Shown piece after piece: positions 1-6,385 of a DNA stretch of 8,970 bases. A model generated the notes under the pieces. That model worked only from the letters and a program-made list of their open reading frames with translations. It did no database searches and was not told the origin of the DNA. The position numbers were made by a program, and so were the translations under genes. Positions within the stretch are counted from its first letter, which is position 1, and every line of letters starts with the position of its first letter. Origin of the DNA: Octopus sinensis. Taxonomy: Eukaryota. The stretch is taken from contig NW_021828229.1 in NCBI RefSeq assembly GCF_006345805.1, positions 1-8,970 of the forward strand, in the 5' to 3' direction.

Positions 1-155
1 GAGGGAGGGAGAAAGAGGCAAAACGAAAGATGGGCAGGAAGAGAGAGAGACGGAAACAAAGGAGGGGAAATGAAAGATATTATATAGACAATGAGACAGA
101 GAAAGAGAATGAGGGAGAGAAGGAGAGAGAGAGATGGGGAGGGGAGGGAAGAGAT
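1..155. repeat. Purine-rich (GA/GGA) low-complexity tract
   Basis: Almost entirely A/G, with GAGAGA and GGAGGG runs. Confidence 0.8.
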
Positions 156-267
156 GATGTTCAGTAAATGGCTGGTGAAATCATGATGGATTGTTGCATG
201 CATCGATGGAAAGGGGGTGGAGGGGGAGACGGAGAGAAAAATGTGAGACTACCGGGACGATGGTGTT

Positions 268-315
268 GGAGGAGGAGGAGGAGGAGGAGGTGGTGGTGGT
301 GGTGGTGGTGGTGGT
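268..315 (+). repeat. Compound microsatellite (GGA)7(GGT)9
   Basis: Read directly; explains the poly-E/V and poly-T/S stretches in the ORF track. Confidence 0.95.
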
Positions 316-616
316 AGATTTGCTGAGGTGTGTATGTATGTGGGGGTGTAATTTAGCTAGAGCACTTATCGTCAAAATCACTGTCCCTAACAAACACCCC
401 TATCAAGGGGAAGCCCTTTATATGAGGGGGGACAGACAAGCTTGTTAGAAATCGCAGTCAAATTTTCCTTGTTTTACGTATGAGCAATGAGGGTACCTGC
501 CCCGTGTTGGAAAGCCAAACTTAGCAAAGTTCCCCCTTGTTTAGAAATACTGATGTCACATTTGGAATGAGGCCCTCTGCTAGGTCGTGTTCGAAAGCGG
601 GTATAATTTAAGTACC

Positions 617-850
617 TATTTCTTTACTACCCACGAGGGGCTAAACACAGAGAGGATAAACAAGGACAGACAAACGGATTAAGTCGATTATATCGACCCC
701 AGTGCGTAACAGGTACTTATTTAATCGACCCCGAAAGGATGAAAGGCAAAGTCGACCTCGGCGGAATTTGAACTCAGAACGTAACGGCAGACGAAATACG
801 GCTACGCATTTCGTCCGGCGTGCTAACGTTTCTGCCAGTTCGCCGCCTTA
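617..850 (-). mobile_element. Full-length tRNA-derived SINE (family A) with 15-bp TSD
   Basis: Minus strand starts TAAGGCGGCGAACTGGCAGAAACG. Pol III A box TGGCAGAAACG (827-837), B box GAGTTCAAATTCC (763-775). Central TTTGCCTTTCATCCTTTCGGGGTCGAT..ATAAGTACC resembles, from memory, the Meta/Sauria-type SINE central domain. Perfect direct repeat TATAATTTAAGTACC at 602-616 and 851-865. Confidence 0.9.
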
Positions 851-946
851 TATAATTTAAGTACCAGTTGCGTACTGGAGTCGATCTAATCGACTGTCCC
901 CTCCCCCAAAATTTCCCGCCTTTTGCCTAGCGTAGAAAAGAATATT
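851..946 (+). mobile_element. 3' fragment of a family-A-related SINE (target of the 617-850 insertion)
   Basis: TAAGTACCAGTTGCGTACTGGAGTCGATCTAATCGACT parallels TAAGTACCTGTTACGCACTGGGGTCGATATAATCGACT in the inverted copy; ends in an A-rich tail GTAGAAAAGAATATT. Confidence 0.75.
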
Positions 947-1210
947 TTCCGGTTGACTTGGGCAATATACGATCTTGTATTATTGTGTAAAGGCAATACG
1001 GTTGGCGAATGATGGTCGTTTTGTCTGCAAACTTTGGCGCAGTGCCTCCAAGTGACGTCAATAATTCTTCATAGCAACCATCTGTTTTCTTCTGGTGTAA
1101 CATTTCCTGATAAAGGACACCCTGATTTGAAGATGGACTCTTCTCATTCATTGGACGCCAACCATTCCCGTTTTCGTTGGAAACGATTATAGAGAAACCA
1201 TTTTCCATCA
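941..1210 (-). pseudogene. Degraded Tc1/mariner (mariner-type) transposase fragment, catalytic domain
   Basis: Minus-strand translations across frameshifts and stops: D(G/E)KWFLYNRFQRKREWLASNE, NY*RHLEALRQSLQTKRPSFANR and LPLHNNTRSYIAQVNRKI match the mariner motifs GDEKW.LYDN.KRK..W, Y...L..L...L..KRP...NR and LLHDNARPH.A. A few upstream codons (..PVSDE) lie at 1641-1670, beyond the 1211-1640 insertion. Confidence 0.8.
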
Positions 1211-1336
1211 TCTGAGGTCGTGTGCTGGAACGAAAACAATTGCAGCGTGGAAGGTGTTTATAAACCATTTAAGAAACACACAAAAACCGCTAGATTCTCT
1301 TCAACATTTAGATTTAATTTGTCTGCAGCACGGAGT

Positions 1337-1387
1337 TTTGTCAGTGAACAGGTCGCGGTCTCAAAGCGACGAAAATATTTTGACAAA
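1337..1387 (+). ncRNA. Candidate minimal type I hammerhead ribozyme, variant core GUGAACA (G3:C8)
   Basis: Stem I TTTGTCA(1337-43)/TGACAAA(1381-87); core GTGAACA(1344-50); extra G1351; stem II GTCGC(1352-56)/GCGAC(1366-70); GAAA(1371-74); palindromic ATAT; U16.1=1379, H17=1380. Confidence 0.6.
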
Positions 1388-1466
1388 TTAAACTTGAATG
1401 TTGAAGTGAATCGAACGGCTTTTGTGTGTTTCATAAATGGCTTACAAACACCTTCCACACTGCAAT

Positions 1467-1492
1467 TATATATATATATATATATATATATA
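1467..1492. repeat. (TA)13 microsatellite between the two direct repeats
   Basis: Read directly. Confidence 0.95.
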
Positions 1493-1512
1493 AACCTTAT
1501 TCAGCACGGAGT

Positions 1513-1563
1513 TTTGTCAGTGAACAGGTCGCGGTCTCAAAGCAATGAAAATATTTTGACAAA
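1513..1563 (+). ncRNA. Second, partly decayed copy of the candidate hammerhead
   Basis: Same stem I, core, GAAA and ATAT as 1337-1387; stem II 3' strand changed GCGAC to GCAAT (two CpG-type transitions). Confidence 0.45.
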
Positions 1564-1765
1564 TTAAACTTAAATGCTGAAGTGAATCGAACGGCTTTTG
1601 TGTGTTTCTTAAATGGCTTATAAACACCTTCCACGCTGCATTCATCACTTACCGGAAATAAAAAAAAGCGCTCAAATTAATCTTATCAAAAAACACGACA
1701 GGATTTTCTCTCCAACGTGATATTTCGTTGTTTCGCCCAATTTGCTTCTTTTGTATTACTTCTTA

Positions 1766-2970
1766 GTGGAGGCGCAATGGCCCAGTGGTTAGGGCAGCGG
1801 ACTCGCGGTCATAGGATCGCGGTTTCGATTCCCAGACCGGGCGTTGTGAGTGTTTATTGAGCGGAAACACCTAAAAGCTCCACGAGGCTCCGGCAGGGGA
1901 TGGTGGTGATCCCTGCTGTACTTTTTCACCACAACTTTCTCTCACTCTTACTTCCTGTTTCTGTTGTACCTGTATTTCAAAGGGCCGGCCTTGTCACTGT
2001 CTGTGTCACGCTGAATATCCCCGAGAACTACGTTAAGGGTGCACGTGTCTGTGGAGTGCTCAGCCACTTACACGTTAATTTCACAAGCAGGCTGTTCCGT
2101 TGATTCGGATCAACTGGAACCCTCGTCGTCGTAACCGACTGAGTGCTTCCATCCGAGGCTCCGGCAGGGGATGGTGGTGATCCCTGCTCTACTCTTTCAC
2201 CACAACTTTCTCTCACTCTTACTTCCTGTTTCTGTTGTACCTGTATTTCAAAGGGCCGGCCTTGTCACTGTCTGTGTCACGCTGAATATCCCCGAGAACT
2301 ACGTTAAGGGTGCACGTGTCTGTGGAGTGCTCAGCCACTTACACGTTAATTTCACGAGCAGGCTGTTCCGTTGATTCGGATCAACTGGAACCCTCGTCGT
2401 CGTAACCGACTGAGTGCTTCCATCCGAGGCTCCGGCAGGGGATGGTGGTGATCCCTGCTCTACTCTTTCACCACAACTTTCTCTCACTCTTACTTCCTGT
2501 TTCTGTTGTACCTGTATTTCAAAGGGGCCGGCCTTGTCACTCTCTGTGTCACGCTGAATATCCCCGAGAACTACGTTAAGGGTACACGTGCCTGTGGAGT
2601 GCTCAGCCACTTACACGTTAATTTCACGAGCAGGCTGTTCCGTTGATTCGGATCAACCGGAACCCTCGTCGTCGTAACCGACGGAGTGCTTCCCATTGAG
2701 AAATGGAAACGTGATGGCGATGAACTTACCTGTAATCGCTGAGACAAGACAAGTTCATCTAAATAATACTTCCTGTTTCTGTTGTACAAGGGGCCGGCCT
2801 TGTCACTCTCTGTGTCACGCTAAATTTCCCCGAGAACTACGTTAAGGGTACACGTGTCTGTGGAGTGCTCAGCAACTTACGCGTTAATTTCACGAGCAGG
2901 CAGTTCCGTTGATTCGGATCAACCGGAACCCTCATCGTCGTAACCGACGGAGTGCTAAAATAAATAAAAA
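1766..2970 (+). mobile_element. tRNA-derived SINE (family B) multimer: head, 3 tandem bodies, spacer, truncated body, A-rich tail
   Basis: A box TGGCCCAGTGG (1778-1788), B-box-like GGTTTCGATTCC (1821-1832). Bodies start at 1883, 2154 and 2425; truncated body 2767-2957; tail AAAATAAATAAAAA. Flanks ATTACTTCTTA (1755-1765) and ATTACCTCTTA (2971-2981), 10/11 identical. Confidence 0.85.
1883..2695 (+). repeat. Tandem repeat, 3 x 271-272 nt (SINE B body)
   Basis: CGAGGCTCCGGCAGGGGATGG recurs at 1883, 2154 and 2425. About 3 differences between copies 1 and 2, and about 6 between copies 2 and 3. Confidence 0.97.
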
Positions 2971-2981
2971 ATTACCTCTTA

Positions 2982-3195
2982 ACGTTACTCCTCCACTATT
3001 TCGCTCTTTCAATCTTATCTTTCCCATCCTTTCACTTTTGTTTCCTTCTTTCTCGACCATTACTTTCTCAAGGAACTCTCTTCCTTATTTTTTTCTCCTG
3101 CTAAACACGATCTTAAATCTTTTAAATCTCGCGCCTCCTCTTAAGCTTACTTCTCGACTAATCCTTTTTTTCTTTAGCTAATTCTCATCCTGTTC
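2982..3195. repeat. Pyrimidine-rich (CT/CTT) low-complexity tract
   Basis: T/C-dominated; the overlapping 90-aa L/F/S-rich ORF is compositional. Confidence 0.7.
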
Positions 3196-3310
3196 CTAAA
3201 TTGCATGGAGATATCCTTCAAGGTGGGAAATTAAGAACTTGTCGGAACGCCACGTTTATATTCTCTGCGCTTTTACGTCCATGTATGTATGTATGTGTGC
3301 ATGTATGCAC

Positions 3311-3425
3311 ATGAGAAACTGTGTTATTACTAAGTGAGATCTTCTTCATAATGTTATCGCGTATTTTCGTGCATAATGGTTGACAAAACCTCTTCGATAA
3401 CTGAGCGAAGTAACGTTTCTCCAAT
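3311..3425 (-). pseudogene. hAT (Buster/Charlie-type) transposase relic, second piece
   Basis: Minus strand IGETLLRSVIEEVLSTIMHEN, frameshift near 3358, then DNIMKKISLSNNTVS. Matches the Buster-family motif HTIGE.LI.P....V.......I..I.LSNNTV.RRI. Confidence 0.85.
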
Positions 3426-3426
3426 T

Positions 3427-3860
3427 ACTCTCTCTTTTTTCTTTTTTACTCTTTTTACTTGTTTCACTACCACCAATACCACAATCACCATCCCCATCAC
3501 CATCAAAACCACCACCACTACTACTATCACTACCACTACCGCAAACGCAATCACCACAACATACCGTCAGCACCACCACCACCAACAACAACATCAGAAT
3601 CCTCATCAGCTATCCATCACCACCCAACCTCCCACACCAATCACCCCACCATCATCATCACCACCACCACAACCATCATCCCCACTGCGGCCATGCTGGA
3701 GCACCGCCTTTAATCGAGCAACTCGACCCCGGCACTTATTCTTTTGTAAGCCCAGTACTTATTCTATCGGTCTCTTTTGCCGAACCGCTAAGTAACGGGG
3801 ACATAAACACACCAGCATCGGTTGTCAAGCAATGCTAGAGGGACAAACACGGACACACAA

Positions 3861-3891
<31 letters not shown>

Positions 3892-4061
3892 CATATATAC
3901 GACGGGCTTCTTTCAGTTTCCGTCTACCAAATCCACTCACAAGGCTTTGCTCGGCCCGAGGCTATAGTAGAAGACACTTGCCCAAGGTGCCACGCAATAG
4001 GACTGAACCTGGAACCACGTGGTTGGTAAACAAGCTACTTACCACACAGCCACTCCTGCGC
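3427..4061 (-). mobile_element. tRNA-derived SINE (family C), near full length, with an inserted CAC/CAT tract
   Basis: Minus-strand head GCGCAGGAGTGGCTGTGTGGTAAG, A box 4042-4052, B-box-like GGTTCAGTCC 4000-4009, CORE-like GGCACCTTGGGCAAGTGTCTT, internal (TA/CA)n, tail TGAAACAAGTAAAAAGAG. Colinear with the plus-strand copy at 7809-8222. Confidence 0.92.
3467..3683 (+). repeat. Degenerate (CAC/CAT/CAA)n trinucleotide tract
   Basis: Read directly; source of the T/H/P-rich spurious ORFs. Confidence 0.9.
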
Positions 4062-4406
4062 TGTGTGAGACTTCCCAGACTTAGCAACTGGCAATACAAT
4101 GTTGTACGATGCAATCAACCCGTCATTCTCCTGTTTACTAGTTTCCTGGAGTAGCGTGTTCAATGTTTGTATTTGCTTTTTGAAAGAGGAGCTCAGTTGC
4201 AAAAAGTATGATAACAGCTTGTCCTTCTTTTCAGAATGCTTTGTATCAAAGTGATACTTCAAGCGTGAAGGTTTCATTGCTTCGTTGGTCAATGTTTGAT
4301 GGCAAAGAAGGCACATTAGTAACTGACAGTTCTGAGTAGAGGGAATAAATCCAAGCGATAAATAATTACTACTGTACTGTAGACAAATTTTCTTGACTGG
4401 AAGCAT
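4062..4406 (-). pseudogene. hAT (Buster/Charlie-type, ZBED5/SCAND3-like family) transposase relic, N-terminal BED-type zinc finger region
   Basis: From Met at 4406: MLPVKKICLQYSSNYLSLGFIPSTQNCQLLMCLLCHQTLTNEAMKPSRLKYHFDTKHSEKKDK...DGLIASYNIVLPVAKSGKSHT. Contains CxxC..NEAMKPSRL..H...KH and ASY.I...IAKSGK.HT, typical of Buster transposases. Confidence 0.92.
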
Positions 4407-4716
4407 CAATAAAGTGAAAATGTGAAAACGAATTTCTATAGACGGCATCAGAAAGGCAGTATGGTATTCCCAAAGAGAAGAAGATGTCAATAGAACAGAG
4501 TCAGATAACACGTCTTTACTGGAGCAAATACGGATCAAGTTCGTTTGGCCGCCAGCATTTCAAAAATTAAAGTTTATCGAAAATTTTAGAATTAAGCAAA
4601 TTAATGTACCTTTCCAAGCTAAACTGCTGAAGTTATTCAACTTTTTTCCAGAAAAATGTTTTTAAAAAGTTATAGAGGTTTTAACGTTTGATCATTTTCA
4701 CCCAGTCAAGAAGCAC

Positions 4717-4888
4717 GTAAGAGAAAGTTGTGGTGAAAGAGTGCAGTAGGGTTCGCCACTACCGGAGCCTCGAGGAGCTTTAGGTGATTTCCCTCAATAA
4801 ACACTCACAACGCCCGGTCTGGAAATCGAAACCGCGATCCTACGACTGCGAATCCGCTCTCCTAGCAACTGGGCCACTGCACCTCCAC
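4717..4888 (-). mobile_element. SINE family B, 5' half only (3'-truncated)
   Basis: Reverse complement is colinear with 1766 to about 1952 (GTGGAGGTGCAGTGGCCCAGTTGCTAGG...CACAACTTTCTCTTAC), with small deletions. Confidence 0.9.
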
Positions 4889-5077
4889 ATACTACATATG
4901 ATTAAATATCAAAAAGACTATCGTTATATGAATATTTCGTCACTGATACTCTGCCCAACCTGTTAGTATCTAGCACCGTGCTTCCGGTTCTATTTCAATA
5001 CCCGCTCTCGGATTCCAGCTCGAATGACTTTGCAAACCAGTGAATTTCGACCACACACACGCACATGTACACGCGCG

Positions 5078-5392
5078 TTTTAGTCGAAGAAATCGACCCC
5101 AGGACTTTATTCTTTGTAAGCGTAATACTTATTATATCGGTTCTCTTTTGCCGAACTGCTAAGTTACGGAGATGTAAACACACCATCAGTTGTCAAACGA
5201 TTGTGGTGAGGTACAAACACAGGCAAAAGACACACAAACAAACATATATATACGTATATACGATGGGCTTCTTTCAGTTTCCTTCTATCGAATCCACTCT
5301 CAAAGCTTTAGTCGTCCCGAGGCTATACACTTGCCTAAGGTGCCACGTAGTGGGACTGAACCCGGAACCATGTGGTTGGTAAGCAAGCTACT
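5078..5392 (-). mobile_element. SINE family C, truncated at both ends
   Basis: Colinear with about 3710-4040; lacks the A box and the terminal tail. Confidence 0.9.
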
Positions 5393-5394
5393 CG

Positions 5395-5529
5395 CTTTTT
5401 CCCGTTTTTCTTCTTATTTGTTTCAGTCACTGGACTGCGGCCATGCTGGAGTATCGACCTGGAGAACTTTAGTCGAACAAATCTACCCCAGTACTTCAAG
5501 CGGTGCTGGGGGAATAAACACAGACACAG
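5395..5529 (-). mobile_element. SINE family C 3' fragment with internal deletion
   Basis: GTTTCAGTCACTGGACTGCGGCCATGCTGGAG and TTTAGTCGAACAAATCTACCCCAGTACTT, then jumps to CAAGCGGTGCTGGGGGAATAAACACAGACACA. Confidence 0.8.
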
Positions 5530-5574
5530 ATGTGGTTTGCTTTCAACCACGTAATTCCAGTTTCAATCTCACAC

Positions 5575-5789
5575 AAGAAAAGACGTCAACAAGAAACTAT
5601 GACATTACAATCAGCCAGGCAAAGTATTCGCTACATTTGCGGCACCTGCCAGAGGGAGGGTTTGTCCAGGATAGGACTACACAGCCACAGCAGAAAATGT
5701 ATTAGGACATGAAATGTAAAAGCCGGACTAGATTATTCTATGCGCAACTCCATTGTCTCCCGAGACAAAAAGGATGCCAATATCAATAT
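5575..5789 (+). mobile_element. 3' end of an RTE-clade LINE (C-terminal zinc finger, 3' UTR, short repeat tail)
   Basis: KKRRQQETMTLQSARQSIRYICGTCQREGLSRIGLHSHSRKC (stop ends at 5712) matches the RTE C-terminal C..C.R.C.SRIGL.SH.R.C motif. 3' UTR CTCCATTGTCTCCCGAGACAAAAAGGATGCC followed by (CAATAT)2. Confidence 0.85.
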
Positions 5790-5827
<38 letters not shown>

Positions 5828-6141
5828 CCTCTATGTGTGTCTCTGTGTTTGCGTCTGTGTGTGTGTTGTCTGTATGTGTTTGTGTTTGTGTCTGTGTGTG
5901 TGGGTATATGTGTCTGTGTGTTTGCATGTGTATGCGTCTGTCTCTGTGTGTAGAGCATGTGTGCGTGTGTGTGTTTGTGTGTGTGCGCGTGTTTGTGTGT
6001 GTGTGTATGTGTGTGTCTCTGTGTGTGTGTTGTCTGTATGTGTTTGTGTTTGTGTCTGTGTGTTTGCATGTGTATGTGTCTGTCTCTGTGTGTAGAGCAT
6101 GTGTGCGTCTGTGTGTTTGTGTGTGTGCGTGTGTGTGTGTG

Positions 6142-6184
<43 letters not shown>

Positions 6185-6385
6185 CTCTATGTGTGTCTCT
6201 GTGTTTGCGTCTGTGTGTGTGTTGTCTGTATGTGTTTGTGTTTGTGTCTGTGTGTGTGGGTATATGTGTCTGTGTGTTTGCATGTGTATGTGTCTGTCTC
6301 TGTGTGTAGAGCATGTGTGCGTCTGTGTGTGTGTGTGTGTGTGTTTGTGTTTGTGTTTGTGTTTGTGTGTGTGTGTGTGTGTGTG
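5790..6385. repeat. (TA)n then complex (TG)n satellite with a cryptic 140-nt higher-order unit
   Basis: TAGAGCATG at 5951, 6093 and 6307; CCTCTATG at 5828 and 6184 (356-nt period). Confidence 0.95.

Larger units (their letters stand above)
1211..1640 (+). mobile_element. Putative Penelope-like (pLTR/retrozyme-type) non-autonomous insertion: inverted arm plus two direct repeats
   Basis: Direct repeats at about 1324-1467 and 1493-1640. 1241-1323 is the reverse complement of their last 83 nt (11 and 8 mismatches). Flanks are TCCATCA (1204-1210) and TTCATCA (1641-1647), a 6/7 TSD. Hammerhead-like motif in each direct repeat. The repeat structure is seen directly; the class is inferred. Confidence 0.6.

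Noticed and set aside
561-605. Similarity of TTGGAATGAGGCCCTCTGCTAGG to 8723-8748 (GGAATGTGGGACCACAACCAGG) as related transposon ends
   Set aside because: Only about two-thirds identity over about 35 nt by eye and in the same orientation; insufficient without a consensus.
582-1223. 9-bp direct repeat AGGTCGTGT (582-590 and 1215-1223) as a TSD
   Set aside because: It would cut across the better supported boundaries and no coherent element lies between; probably chance.
1241-1464. MITE with 83-bp terminal inverted repeats
   Set aside because: The putative right TIR plus spacer is duplicated as a direct repeat (1493-1640), no TA or other TSD flanks 1241-1464, and the TSD and mariner rejoin place the boundaries at 1211 and 1640. 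Not fully excluded without a family alignment.
1766-1845. tRNA gene (also at 760-850, 3995-4061 and 7809-7875)
   Set aside because: A and B boxes are present, but I could not build a proper cloverleaf, and each continues into a repeated SINE body.
1900-2374. Duplicated 67-aa ORF (MVVIPA...) and the antisense ORFs
   Set aside because: They are by-products of the tandem SINE body with no recognisable domain.
1883-2695. Retrozyme-type ribozyme or CRISPR-like array in the 271-nt tandem
   Set aside because: No CUGANGA or 3:8-swapped core linked to stem II and GAAA found on either strand by eye; there are no unique spacers, and the context is eukaryotic.
4035-4538. Intact 167-aa protein-coding gene
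   Set aside because: It is a chimera: 44 non-homologous codons, the hAT N-terminus, then SINE head sequence (AQEWLCGK). Treated as a transposase relic.
4390-4712. 11-bp inverted repeat TTCTTGACTGG / CCAGTCAAGAA as hAT TIRs
   Set aside because: One copy lies inside the transposase coding region, so it cannot be a terminus. No convincing hAT TIR or 8-bp TSD was found.
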